This document shows positions 34,418 through 46,800 of a stretch of 64,000 bases of DNA, in pieces. The notes beneath the pieces were generated by a model. The model did no database searches and was not told the DNA's origin. It saw only the letters and a program-made list of their open reading frames with translations. Every line of letters begins with the position of its first letter. Position 1 is the stretch's first letter. The stretch comes from Mayamaea pseudoterrestris. Lineage: Eukaryota. The position numbers and the translations under genes were made by a program. Location: positions 496,001 to 560,000 of the forward strand of contig BROI01000017.1 in NCBI GenBank assembly GCA_027923505.1, read 5' to 3'.

Positions 34418-35115
34418 ATGACAACTCCTTGTGCTTTTAGTTGCGTGTTCGGCCTTTCAGTTGCCAGCTAGAGCGCCTCGACGGCACCGACGTATTTTTT
34501 TTTCGTACTCGCGAGAAAGCCAACAAGCACGACAAGCTACTGCTTTGAGATTTAATCCAATTGACGCATGGGATGCTTACAATGATGCACTCCAAGCTTC
34601 GCCATTGGCAGTCAAAAGTGTCACGGCATGTGTGCTGCTCGGAGCCGCTGATTGACCGGCCAGGTGCTTGAACAAAAGTTACAAGGCAACGCGGACGACG
34701 AAACAAGTACGGACTGGGCACTGGGCTAGAGCAGCTCGAATAGCATTCTTTGGTCTCGTATTACTAGCACCATGGAAGCACTTTTACTACGAGCAACTAC
34801 GGTAGACAGCGCCATTCCTCCAGCAACAGAACCATTCGGCAACAAATGGAGTCAAGGTTATCATCGACCAGCTTGTACACAGGCACCCATCTTACAATTC
34901 TCATATGTGTATTCCTCGGTCTACTTGAAGGGAAGCCTGTTGATGCAATACAAAAGCAACTTGACAAGGATTATAAAGACACACTTATTGCTAACTGGAA
35001 ACTTTGGGTGCCAGCCACGATCGTATACATTGGATTCGTCCCCCCCATTCTGCGCGTGCTATATCTCATTGTCATCTTTTGGACGGAGCATCTTTTTATC
35101 GCTATAGTTAAATAG
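34418..35115 (+). pseudogene. Mpv17/PMP22-family pseudogene with multiple frameshifts
   Basis: Fragments in different frames: YNDALQASPLAVKSVTA, DWARAAR..FFG...APW.HFYY, KVIIDQL, DTLIANWKLWVPA..VPPILRVLY. At least 4-5 frame breaks, including a 7-bp duplication and a 5-bp insertion. Confidence 0.8.
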
Positions 35116-35214
35116 AAAGGAAGATTAACCTGTATTGAATGACATGGCATATACTGGATAAACCTGAGTTGCAGTAAACGAAATGCGCTGGCATGAACCA
35201 ATCATCTAGCGATT

Positions 35215-36614
35215 CTACAGAGCCCCAAGATCCGCGAAAGCAATGAGAGAGACTTCAAGCTTTTTCAAATCTCCACTACCGGCACCATGTAGCCGAGATG
35301 ATGCATTCTTTATCAAGGGCACAACTGGCATGGCAGCCTCCATTTTCATGCTCAATGGACCAAGCTCGGCATGAACAAAGCGCCATTCCATTGGAAGTAG
35401 CTCCGTCTCCTGAGTTTCATTTATTGCTACGCGAAGTTTTTCAAACGTGATATCGGGTTTGACAAACAAGAATCCACGTCTTGTTCCAACTTCATCTTGC
35501 TTATTCGTTACAAAAATCTGGCATGCCACATCGTCCCCATCAGAGCTTGTGCTTTGAGCGGTCGTGGCAGCGGCTGACTCTATCAACTGCGTCTTCCGAC
35601 GTTTGGTAGGAGACGTGACATCAAGACCAGAAGCGGTGTTCTCTGTTGACAAAGTCGCTTGCGATGACAGCGATGGCCTTTTCGCCAGGGTCCTCCGCAC
35701 TGATCCACCTTTAGGGAGCGAACGCTTGGCCGTAGTTTTCTTTATCAGCTTGGACGACACCATAGCTTGATTGAATTCATCTTTGGAAGCTGGAGCCTCC
35801 ACGGACTCGATGCGCTTGTCAACTGGAATGTGGGCTTCTAGATTTGCAATTTGGAGGGCCTTGACGAAGTCGGAACGGCGGCTGCCACCCTTGGCTGTGA
35901 TTCCCTTTCCAAGGTGGTAATCTCTCGCTAGACCTTCTTCCCAAGCTGCCACCTTGCTGGGAATTAATACCGCAAAAGGAACGTCGTGACAATGAAAGAA
36001 ATAGCAAAGATGACGCTTTCCAAGATCTGCGAGGACACATGTTAGTTGAAAACAAGCCATGTAGCTTCAAGCCGACATGGCTGTTTACTTACATTTGCGA
36101 GCTTCCGCCCGGGTTGTCCCAAGCGTGTATCGCGGATCGTATACAATACTCGGCCACCAACCATACCCACCACCACCTTGAGCCCACACAATGGAACCAA
36201 AGAGAGACGAGAACTGTGGCGGCAAGGCGGCAACCATCTCGTCCAGCTCATCTCCGTAACTGGTACAGTTAGCTGATTTAGTGAAACAAGAGTGGACCGT
36301 AAGCAGATGAATATTAGGTCAGACACATTTTCATTTGTTCACGTACAACAGTACCAATTGTTCTGTGGCACGCTTGCCAATGGCGGAACAAGGCACCCCA
36401 TGTGATACTCCGCATTGCATTTATCGCAAATGAGCATTTCCTCGTAATTGTTGTCTTGCTTGCATAACACACAGCCTTCTGTCGGAGGAATTGTCGTTTT
36501 CGTAGCGATGGGCATTGCGGTGCTCAGATATGGTTTGCCTACCGTCGACAGTTCCGTATCCACTCGAGATGCGCGTGCTGCTCGTGTATTTTGGCTGCCA
36601 CTTGCCGATGCCAT
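35215..36614 (-). CDS. PHD finger + PWWP domain chromatin-reader protein; introns 36346-36273 and 36092-36027
   Basis: Splicing completes the PHD finger C..C...CDKC..YH..C...WYC|SNC, followed by the PWWP core GSIVWAQGGGGYGWWPSIVYDP...RHLCYFF. Both introns are GT-AG and frame-consistent. Confidence 0.85.
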
Positions 36615-37080
36615 GATCGAATTGACCTGCTCAAGAGAAAATATATAGTATCACGGTAAGTCTTACAGAGCTAATTTAACCATAGCATTTGTGCTAAGCT
36701 AAAGAAGCGTCGCATAGCCTGTGGTACGAAGAGTACGTCGTATGCACGAACTTTTTAGTACCGGTACGGCTTTTCTGCGCATAAATCGAAGACGGCCGAG
36801 AACAACATCAGCCACGACCATGGACGACTCGTCATCACTCACGCCATAAACTGACAATCCTTTCATCGCTTCACGTTTCGACAACTTACTGCAAGACTTC
36901 TTAAAAGGGAGACGGTTAGATTTACCAAGTGTCGGATCCTTCAGCGTGGATCAAAATTGACTCCGCATCTCGATACGTAATCCACGCGTCACTTCCGCTT
37001 GCAGCCGCTCACGATTCCATAGTCCTCCGTCGTCAGCCTCTAAAAAACTTGCTCTTCTTCATCGCTATAAACATACAATT

Positions 37081-38697
37081 ATGAGCAGAGACGAGCCTTC
37101 GTCTCCCGAAGTCCAGGAAATGTCTAATTGTGATTGCTGTGGCAAGATGGTTCCGACGGCAAATTTGTTGCTTCACGAACGACGGTGTCCCAATCGCAAA
37201 TTGCCTGCGCAGCAAGCTCAAGAGGACCAGCATTTTATGGATATCGACAATAGCTACGAAATGGATGAAGAGGAGCAAGACATAACGATGATGATGCCGC
37301 CTGCGTCGACGGCTGCGGCGGCGCATGCGTCGGCTCCGCTGGAGATTTACGACACTGACACGGACGACTCGGTGCGTTACATGAGTCCGCCAATGTCTCC
37401 AAACGATACGACTCGGTCAGTAATGCGGGCGCAAGCAGCGTATAGCGACAATAATGCGGCGGCTGCTGCTGCGCTTCCAGTAGTGAATGGCTATGTCGTG
37501 GTGGATCGGCCAGACTCAACGTCGCCATCGTTACATGCCCAAAGCGGATCGAATTTGAATGCAAGTACAAACGGCAACAGTCCCTCAAGTCCTTGGCAGC
37601 GCCTTGCGAGCGGGTTTTCGCATGTCATTTGCCCTGGTCCCGGCGCGACTGCCGCGTTTGCTAGTGGCCGAAACTCATCGCCTCCTGTCACACATTATCC
37701 TGGAGCTCGTCGACGAACTAATGGCAATACTACCCATCACGCAGCTCCTAGCCGCTCTCCTATTGACTTGACGAGCGATGAAGAAGGCGCTATGTGGCCT
37801 TGTCCGCAATGCACGCTACTTAATCCTATCAGTCGGACGACTTGTGACGCTTGTCGCCACAAGAAGGATGCTCCATTGCAAAATGATTGTCCACGCGCAC
37901 AAGAACGACAATACATTCATCGTTCACAACAGCAGCAGCAACAACAACCACGATCGTCGCACCAGCCCATGCGCACGACTCAAAATGTTGCCATTGGTGG
38001 AGCGGTGCTTGGAGGAGTTTTGGGTGCGGCGAGTGCCATGGCGCGAGGACGTCCAGTGGCTGGAGCGGCCTTGGATGGCGCTTTGAACGGAGCTGTAGGA
38101 AGCGTCTTTCTCAACGGAATCGCGCAACAAGTGGATCGAAGCAGCGGTGGATTTGAAAGTCGTGCTCAAAGTGTTGGACATTCTTCGTCGCGTGCGATGG
38201 AGAATAATTCTCGTCGACGCCGCGACGTGGAGCAAACTGCCTTGGATGACATGTTCATGATGCAGTTCATGCAACAGGAATTCAACAGAGGGCATGCGCT
38301 CTATGGACGAGATCGCCGTCGACGACATCCTGCTGCATTGATGGACCCGAGTGCAGAACTGGCAATGGCGTTGCAGGAAATGCAAGCGCGGCAGCAAGGG
38401 CGACATGTGGATGTTTCGCGCATGTCCTACGAAGAACTTTTGGCGCGGTTTGGAGACGGTTCCGAGAATCGCGGAGCATCGGACGTTCAGCTCCGCGAGC
38501 TGCCAGTCCAGACGATTCAAGACATTGATAAACTCGGGGAGGACGGCAAGGAGTGTTCCATTTGCTTGGACGAGTTCAAGGCTGGCGACAAGCGCAAGAC
38601 ACTACCTTGCTTGCATGGATTTCATGAAGCGTGCGCGAACAAGTGGTTGCGCACCAATGCATCGTGTCCAATTTGCAAGCATCGCGTGGGAGAGTGA
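37081..38697 (+). CDS. RING-H2 E3 ubiquitin ligase with a RanBP2-type zinc finger
   Basis: C-terminal CSICLDEF...LPCLHGFHEACANKWL...CPIC; MSYEELL motif; WPCPQCTLLN.....CDAC; N-terminal CDCCGK...LLHERRC. Confidence 0.9.
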   Translation: MSRDEPSSPEVQEMSNCDCCGKMVPTANLLLHERRCPNRKLPAQQAQEDQHFMDIDNSYEMDEEEQDITMMMPPASTAAAAHASAPLEIYDTDTDDSVRYMSPPMSPNDTTRSVMRAQAAYSDNNAAAAAALPVVNGYVVVDRPDSTSPSLHAQSGSNLNASTNGNSPSSPWQRLASGFSHVICPGPGATAAFASGRNSSPPVTHYPGARRRTNGNTTHHAAPSRSPIDLTSDEEGAMWPCPQCTLLNPISRTTCDACRHKKDAPLQNDCPRAQERQYIHRSQQQQQQQPRSSHQPMRTTQNVAIGGAVLGGVLGAASAMARGRPVAGAALDGALNGAVGSVFLNGIAQQVDRSSGGFESRAQSVGHSSSRAMENNSRRRRDVEQTALDDMFMMQFMQQEFNRGHALYGRDRRRRHPAALMDPSAELAMALQEMQARQQGRHVDVSRMSYEELLARFGDGSENRGASDVQLRELPVQTIQDIDKLGEDGKECSICLDEFKAGDKRKTLPCLHGFHEACANKWLRTNASCPICKHRVGE

Positions 38698-38976
38698 TTG
38701 TGATACCGATACCGGTAGGTCTGATTTGTCATCAACGAACTACCCTTCGTGCGGGACAGTAGCTAACTAACATGAACAAATGCGATGGGACTGTCGTGAG
38801 CCAAGTTTCCGGCGTATTGTAGTAAAAGGCAATTTGGTATGTACTAACTATAAGCAATGATTGGTATTATCTTGTTTAAACGTGTTTATACATTCAGACT
38901 CTTCCCGCTACAAGTAAGTCCACAAAGAGTGTGATTTAGTGGGAAATGTAGTAAAAAATGGCATGCTGCTTCCATG

Positions 38977-39660
38977 CTAGACAAAGGTTGAAATCGGCAC
39001 CGGCTCCATACTCTCCGCATGTGGCGACACGAAACCCCGACGTATCATGTACTGGTCATAGTATAGCTTCGCCCTTGTCCAGTACAAATCACCAACATGT
39101 CGTCTCAGCCGTTGCTCCACCGCCTCCTGCAGCGGCGAGTAATTGGCATCGCCCATGCGGTTGCCTCGGGTGCATTCCCTGACAACCGCCTTGGCGCGCG
39201 GCTTGAGGCGAGGGTCGTCACTCTTGTCCAAACATTTAAACAATATTTTTATAAAAATAAGAAAGCGCTCCTGCTCTGTTAGGTCGCGTTGTCGACGAAC
39301 TTGCAGTCGATTATCCATGTTATGCAGCATAGTGCTTGGTAGCGAAAAGCTTGGAACCGTCTGAAGGGAAAAATTGGAGAGTGACGGTGCGCACATGTTC
39401 AAGGTTGTAGTGGACGAAGTATCGGACGGAGCACCGAACGAAGAGATGGTTTCGGATAAAAGATCAAGATGTGGAGTCTTGTCGAAAAAGTGTTGCTGGA
39501 ATTGTTGTTGTTGAAGTTGCTGATGCACCTGCTGTTGTTGCTGGGATTCCTGATGCGCTTGATCGAAACAAGCGTCGTCGTTGTTCAATAGCGTCGAGCG
39601 AGATTGTGAGAAGAATGCTCTCAATATCTCCATATTCTGATTCGCATCATTAGCATCCAT
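38977..39660 (-). CDS. Hypothetical protein with a Gln-rich N-terminus and a compact helical C-terminal domain
   Basis: Clean ORF. Globular-looking C-terminus FLIFIKILFKCL...AKAVVRECTRGNR...YSPL..AVEQRLRRHVGDLYW. Confidence 0.7.
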   Translation of the reverse strand: MDANDANQNMEILRAFFSQSRSTLLNNDDACFDQAHQESQQQQQVHQQLQQQQFQQHFFDKTPHLDLLSETISSFGAPSDTSSTTTLNMCAPSLSNFSLQTVPSFSLPSTMLHNMDNRLQVRRQRDLTEQERFLIFIKILFKCLDKSDDPRLKPRAKAVVRECTRGNRMGDANYSPLQEAVEQRLRRHVGDLYWTRAKLYYDQYMIRRGFVSPHAESMEPVPISTFV

Positions 39661-40579
39661 CTTGCCAGTCAAATTGCAGAGACAAGGCGATCAATATGGC
39701 CGACCAGCAAGACCTTCTCGTTCAGTCCGCTTGCAACCCGAAGCGCTTTCGCGAAGTGAATCTTTGTGGTCCGTGGAGCCTCATCCAGACACGGAAACGA
39801 ATTTGATGACGTCATGATTCTCCGACGAATCGTGGTTTCGCGGCAATACTCGTCGCATCGGGAGTGCTTTTCCCGCTTGCAAATTCGTCCCGTATCGAGT
39901 GCAGCTTCTCATTTGCCCTTGCGGGGAATCACGCCATCAAAGCTACAGTGAGTTAAGACACAAGACTTTCGGGTATGTTTGTTGAAGTCGCTAGTACTGT
40001 TCTAGCTATTCGTCGATACCTGCGGCAACCATCGTTGTAGGTGGGCCAATATCCGATCCGATTCCAATGACACTGGCCTCGCTGTGCTTTGACATTGATT
40101 CCGATTTGAGCCATTCGTACACATTGGGAGAAGACGAGAGGCGTACACCAAGAGTAAGAAGTAATTGCGAAGCCTGTGGCGGTAAGATTCATTTGTGGAC
40201 GCCAAGGACAGCGTCCTTCTCATTGTCGCCGCGGTCCCGACTCGTCCGCACTGCTGCGAAAACCATGCTGCCAAAATGTGAAGCTTAGAGAACGTTGTTG
40301 CTAAAATGACCATTCACTAACGTTTACAACCAAGCCGTGATGTCATTTGGCTGCCAAATTCACCAAAGGACTTGCCGGGTTTTTTAGTGCCGCAACGACA
40401 AACACGAAGAATCGGATGAGCCGTTGCTTCGATGATCGGCATGCGCGGCATTTCGCATTGATGCCTCGTTCATCCTTCCATTCGGCAACCTTTTAACCTG
40501 CAAGTTAAAGCAGACAAGAAAGGCGAATATTGTAGTAGAGGAAGTAGAGAGGAAGAATCTATTCATAGCCGTACTAATT

Positions 40580-42346
40580 ATGGATTCCGAAGCAGCAAGA
40601 CCTGGCGAAAACGAAGTCGTCTCGGTGCACTCGTCATCAGCCTCGGAGATGGACGATTGTAGCAGTACCGGTAGCAGTGACAGTGACGATGACTCCACCT
40701 TGGGATCCTCGACTTCTGTAAGCTCTCCAGAGTCGTCTCCTGTTTCCAAGACCAACGTCGTCGTGCCTCGGACACTGAAGGAGAATATCAACATCGAACC
40801 GAGAAACGGCGTATTCACATTGACAAAGGCACCCTCCAACTTTGCCGTGACGCAGAACAACACGAAACAATTACCGGCCGAGCCACTGTTAGCATCTGAA
40901 AACAACATGAAGAAAAATGAAAAAGTTGAACGTACAGATGCAGCAAAGAAACCACAAGCAGCTCGCAAGCGCAAAACCAAGGCTCATGACAAAAATGAGC
41001 GCTCTGAGTTGCAGCAGCTGCATGAGGCAGCCTTGCATCCACCACGGCGTGTTCGCCGTACTCCGCTTGAAGGAGTCGAAGCAGAGCAACGGCGAGTTCA
41101 GCAGGAGATTGCCGCAGCACGGCAGCGCCTTGTGGCGCAGCGAACAGGTGACAATGTTAAGAAGGAAAGTGCGCCATGCAGTAAGATCGCCTCGACTGAA
41201 GACGATAAGCCGGTTCAGATGGAGAACGCTGCAGCAAGAATTACTGAAGCCGTAGCGAAACCTCAAGCTCTACAGACTTTAGCGAACGTTGCTACTGCAG
41301 CGGTAGCTGCAAGGCCACACGCCAGCACACAGGAGACAACTCTAGTGACCGTACCTCCCCAAACGAAAGTTCATGCAGCCTGTAATGTTCCAGACAAGCC
41401 TCACCCTTCAAGACCGCAAGCTGTGGAAGACGAAAGTACAACGCAGAAGGGACCCACACAAGCAATTGCTGCCGCGGCACCTATAGCAGCAGCAAAGCCA
41501 GCTCCAATCGCGACAAGTGCCAAGGGCGTCCCCAATTATACGTCAAACCCTGCTACTACACCATCTGGAACGAAAACAAAATCTGTTGCAACGTCTGCAT
41601 CCTCCAGCAGCAGTAAACCTCGAAAGAAGAAGCAGACTTTTGATGAGCAAGTGCTTTCGCACATGCTTCTTGCTTTCAAGCCATTCACGTTGAAGACGCT
41701 TGCGCAAGAACTTAAAACTACAGACACAATCGTTAACTTTTCCATGCTAACTATGATTGACAAGGGTTTGGTCATTAAAAAGGACTTTGTATCTGCGAAC
41801 GGCAGCAATACCAAGACTTTGTATTGGGCTAATCACGGTGTTACGGCCAAGGAGCTTTCAACGGTGCCAAAAAAAGCAACTATCGATGAAATGCAAGTGA
41901 CCAAACACGAACTTAACCAATTCAACAGTCAGAACGCCGCACTTCACCGTGAGCTTGCCGCTGTTTCGGAAACGGCTTCCAATGACGACTTGAAGCAACA
42001 AGTTCTTGCGCAAGAGTCGCAGCTTAAGGACATTATCAATCAGCTGGATGGCATAAAGGATCGCATTCGCAGCCAGCAGCAGCCACCAGCCGTACCTTTA
42101 CGAATTTTGGGACGCGTTGTTCCCAAGAGTGCGGCGCAAATTGCCCGCGAGCAGTGTCCACGTCGGACCAAGATTCGCATCAACAGTATGCGCAGTGAAT
42201 GGAAAATTCGCAAGGACAAGTGCATTAACTTTATCGATACGCTCGCAGATTGCCTGGAAAAGTGTCCAAAAGAGGTTGTCAAGCTTCTTGACCTTGAAAC
42301 TGACGAAATGGTTGGCGTGTGCATGCCTCCAAAGCATGTTGTTTAA
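40580..42346 (+). CDS. HOP2: HOP2/TBPIP (PSMC3IP)-like protein with a long low-complexity N-terminal extension
   Basis: C-terminal ~235 aa: winged-helix-like VLSHML...KPF...DKGLVIKK...LYW, a coiled coil, and the tail EWKIRKDKCINFIDTLAD..EKCPKEV...LDLETDE resembling the HOP2 WxKRK...GIETDE tail. Confidence 0.7.
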   Translation: MDSEAARPGENEVVSVHSSSASEMDDCSSTGSSDSDDDSTLGSSTSVSSPESSPVSKTNVVVPRTLKENINIEPRNGVFTLTKAPSNFAVTQNNTKQLPAEPLLASENNMKKNEKVERTDAAKKPQAARKRKTKAHDKNERSELQQLHEAALHPPRRVRRTPLEGVEAEQRRVQQEIAAARQRLVAQRTGDNVKKESAPCSKIASTEDDKPVQMENAAARITEAVAKPQALQTLANVATAAVAARPHASTQETTLVTVPPQTKVHAACNVPDKPHPSRPQAVEDESTTQKGPTQAIAAAAPIAAAKPAPIATSAKGVPNYTSNPATTPSGTKTKSVATSASSSSSKPRKKKQTFDEQVLSHMLLAFKPFTLKTLAQELKTTDTIVNFSMLTMIDKGLVIKKDFVSANGSNTKTLYWANHGVTAKELSTVPKKATIDEMQVTKHELNQFNSQNAALHRELAAVSETASNDDLKQQVLAQESQLKDIINQLDGIKDRIRSQQQPPAVPLRILGRVVPKSAAQIAREQCPRRTKIRINSMRSEWKIRKDKCINFIDTLADCLEKCPKEVVKLLDLETDEMVGVCMPPKHVV

Positions 42347-42369
42347 GACGCTGTCGCCCGTCATTTTTG

Positions 42370-43659
42370 TTAATCACTGCGGTCTAACACAATATTTAAG
42401 AGTAATTCCTTGACTTGAAATCTGTCAGGGTCCGAATTATAGTCCGTATCCATGTAATAGTCTGTAATTTATGCAGAGGGTTGTGTCAGCAATAATGGAT
42501 GCGTGAAGTAGCTCATGTGTAACCAAATGGACCAATACTCACCATCAATAGTGACACTGACTCCGCTCAAACACTTCTCAAGCACAGCTTGGATGCCAAG
42601 TCGACAAAAATTTGGATACAGTCGATACCCTTGCTCCTGCAACAACACTTGCGCGCTAAGCGTCGCTTCCCCGTCCAGTGCCAAGCTGACGGTTAGCTCG
42701 CCACCGTCCAAACACCACTCGGCCAATGCATCAGCATCCACAGCTGGTGAATCCACCTCAGCCGCAAATCCTCGTGCAACCATTGCCGAGGTTAGTTGCT
42801 CCAATGATTCGATGGCTTGTTGCCATTGATCGGTACATGACCGCGTTACTTTCGTTCCTTGTTGACGTGGAATTTGCAAGTGCTTCATGGTTTCTGCGGG
42901 TAGCAACAGATTGATCACAGAACTTCCGATTGACGTCTCCAAGTCACGCTGAAATTGCTTGAACGTAGCGGATGATTGCTGCTCGGAAAAGATTTCAATG
43001 TATGTCTTGTAGCGACAATATGCAACAAAGTTAAATTCCTCGGCCGTCGTCGGACGCGACAGTGACTCAGTGGCCAATCTTAGTCCAGATCGTTCGAATG
43101 ACGGCCGCACCAAAGATTGCACAGCTTGTACTTGTCGATTCAAATCGGAAGCAGATACACCTGGTAGACTCTGCAGGAATGCTCGATCGGCACTCTCCAA
43201 AAGTTGCATGGCCAATTGACTGTCAAGTGGCTGCAACGGCGGAATCATCTTGGGTTTGGGACGACCAGCTTGCTGCTTTCGTGCATCGCCAAGCCTATAC
43301 TGGTCCGAAAGCTTTTCCCAGGAACCATCGACTCGATCGATGAATTGAGCGGCTCGAACGACGGACCGACGAACGGAGATGCCAAGGTCAGATTGCGTGA
43401 CCATTTCATTAAGTACAGGCGCTGCTAGAGACGTAGAAGCAAGCGAAGCAGAAGCAACTCCTAACATGCTTGCGATCATGTGGCGGCGATCAATCTGATC
43501 CACTTTTGGTACATGGGACTTGATGTGATGGCAGGATGAATGAGGAGGAGGCAAGGACCTCGACGGTAGGACGAGGCACGACGCGGAAGTGAGACTTAGC
43601 GACAGTATCAGCAGAATCTTCTGCTTTAGAACTCTCTTGGATCTTTTCAACAGCAGCAT
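42370..43659 (-). CDS. Uncharacterised plastid (possibly thylakoid-lumen) protein; terminal intron about 42462-42542
   Basis: Signal peptide followed by a twin-arginine plus hydrophobic segment (DRRHMIASMLGVASASLASTSLA). The last exon DYYMDTDYNSDPDRFQVKELLLNIVLDRSD* is recovered by GT-AG splicing. Confidence 0.7.
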
Positions 43660-43866
43660 GGTGGTGTGAAGCTGACAGGTACCGATTGAGCTAACAGTAA
43701 ACGAAACCGATATGGAATTTGCGTTGATGGAGATTTTGTGAGCGTCGTTTCTTCGAGTACCGATGCGAGAACACACTTTCTACGTGCTTTTCTACGCAAG
43801 CGCTTCGTAGGGAACGCAGTCTTTCGACTGGCCGCGAGCCTGCGTGAACGACGCGACGACGCCATC

Positions 43867-46800
43867 ATGGTGCCAATTCTACCTCTCGGCGACGCCATTG
43901 ATTCGATCCTTGAACTCCTTAATGTTAACAGTACTGTATTAACAGCTAATAATACGGGAAAGTTATATCTCGCGGGACTTGCCCTTCTATTTCACCTCCA
44001 AAACGACAGTGCTCGGATCCAGGCCATTTTGTAAGCTCGAATCCTTAAGTGGATGTGTATGATTTGCATGATGTCGCTAGCTATCGGTATCTAAGCAAGC
44101 TCTCACTCAAATTTTGCATTTTTAGAAACACTCACGACGACGAGGTAGATGTTCTCAAACCACCTCCGTTTGAAGATATACCAGCTATAGCTGCAATTTT
44201 ACAGAATGCTTCACTTTTTCAAACCCTTCTGCAGTGCCTATCCACCACACCAGAAGCAGACGGCCATGGTAACGGCAACACCGAGCCGACAAACCTACCC
44301 GGCAGCAGAAAGCGGACTCTGTCGATTGGAGGGGAAAGTCATAACGGTCCACCATACAACAAAGCCATGAAGTCTTCAAACCTGTCGCCTGTACCAAACC
44401 GCGTCAAGCTTGACGCTGTCAACAATTCTCCCAAACCCGCAATGAATACTCAAGTATTGGTAACGACAATACTCTACGCCGCCTTGCGGCATTTGGATCA
44501 TTGGCCGGCTCCGCTAGTAAAGGCATACTGCGACGACTGTTTTGCGGGACGTAAGTGGGTCGATTTGAAGGAGTGTCAGTTGCTAGTGCAGAATTTAGCA
44601 CTCGTGCACTCGCCAATCACGGAGCATAATGGCGACAAGTTGTCTTTTAACGCCAAAGAAGCAGACGCAGTAGCCGCAGCTTATCAAAAGATTTCGGAAA
44701 GTCGTTATACGAGCGCAACATCTACTATGCGACGGCAAAATAGCACTTCATCGTCGACGGGTTCCAATTCCAATGCCCTTCCAGCGCCGACTGAGAGTAA
44801 GGAAGTGATGGAAGACAGTGACTCGTCATCGGGCGAGGAAGAAAACGAGCAGGAGATGGAACGTACGCCTTCGAAAAGAGACAAGAAGGCAAATCAGTTG
44901 GAAGGGCTGGTGTATTACCCCGAACGCCATCCGATTAGAAATTTTGAAGCTGTTCGTCAAAGATATTTTGGGTCAAACCAAGATTTAGCTCATGAACTGG
45001 TCGTTCAATCGTTATCGGATCGGTTGGATGCAAAATCAAAGCAAAGCTCGGGTCTGCTGTTGGCTCTACCGTCGTTTGTATGCATTCCTGGTGTGCGGAG
45101 ACTTGCAGCCAAGAATTTGGAACGATGGCTCCAGTCACCTGCAGTAAGTCCAGAGGTAGCGTTATCTGGTTTGTACCTGAATGCTGTGCTTGTCTCACCT
45201 TCCTGTTTAGCTGGCCGGGCTTGGCCGGACTTTGTTTAATTCAGTCGTGACGAGCATGAAGAACGTTGATCCTCCTTTGCCAGCCGATTTGGAAGCTGTA
45301 GAAAGCATTGTCACGATGCAACTAAAATCTAATCAGGTACGTAAAGCATATTCGGTCGTCGCGCGTACCACAAACTTGAACCTGACGATGAGTCGCGTTT
45401 CCTCAGCTCGGTTCACATGTAGAGAATGTAGTCGCTGCTGTTAAAGGTGTCCCCAACGTCGCGATAGTACGTGCAATGTATTCAAAGCTTCTTGCTGGTT
45501 TTATCGATCGGGCCGAGGATATTGACCGCGGAAATGCCGACCAGTTGAAAATGATTGTAGCAATACACAGAAATGTACCTGAGCAAATGTCCTACGAATG
45601 TCTTGCAGCTTCCATTTCCCGTCTACTTGTACCAGACAGTGGTACGCCTCCACTGATTGCTTTTAAAGAAAATTCAATGTTGGAACAGCTGTGCGCCACT
45701 ATACGTTCCTTCGCAGCAGAATTGGGGCCTGCATTTAATGGATGTACACTGTTCGACTCTCTGATGTCAGTCAACCGAGATAACGTTGCTACCTCTTCCG
45801 TCGAAGACGAGAATAAGGCGCGCGTGATGTGCCATTGTCTTGTCATGCATGCGAGGTATAGCCCTTCGACGCACCATAAACTTTATGTAAATACCAAAAC
45901 AAAGCTGCTGTTTTGGTGCTGCACAAGGTACGGACCAGGTTTTAATACGAAGATGCTGCGAAAAATGAAAGTCTTGGACTGTGCAACGGAATTTGGGGGG
46001 CAAATGCTTCCTGCCCCAAATTACCGAACTATTTTTGACTCCGCTGCGAATGACCAGCTACCGGCATTCTTCAGTGCCATGCGCTGCATTTTATTTTTGG
46101 AAGACGCTGCGTCAAGATCGATGAGGCAATTTCATACAGCGACTTACAAAGACGACAGGGATCTGGAAGCTGTTCGAAAATGTTGTGCACTGCTTTCCCC
46201 AGTGAATGATGAGATGGTTTGGATCGTCGTGCGGTCTTGTTCTTTATCGAGAGGAGGATTATCAAGGGAAATAGGGATTCAAATGCTGGAGCACTTATTT
46301 GAAAACTGTGGCCGGAGACGCGTAAGCTCGCTGCATTTGACCAATCCCATGCTTGTTTGGGAGCTTTACAATCTTGCACAGTATGACTTGCCGAATTTAT
46401 CTGCTACAGACAGTAAGCCGCAACTGGCGCTGTCTAGTATGTGGTGGCGATCGACCATTCTTTCGCTAGTCATGTGTGCTTCCTCAACTGAAAGCATTGG
46501 TACAATAATGTGGAAAGAGAATCCGACATTGAGATGTATAATAAAGATGGTGACATCGTATCGATTTCGATTTCCCACGATCGATTGTGACGAGGTGACC
46601 CGCGTTGAGACGAAGACGGCAGAGCAACATGCGCGAGATCTGGAAGCTTCCATTGCTGAAAGTATTTTTCTTCCGCCTGCCGAAACAATTGCAGTCTCAG
46701 AGGAGAAACAAATGGGCTCCAGGACTTCTACGCGTCTGCGTAAGAAGGAAGTGGAAACTCGATTAGCTCGCGAAGTTTCTGAGCGAAAGCGGAGAAAAGC

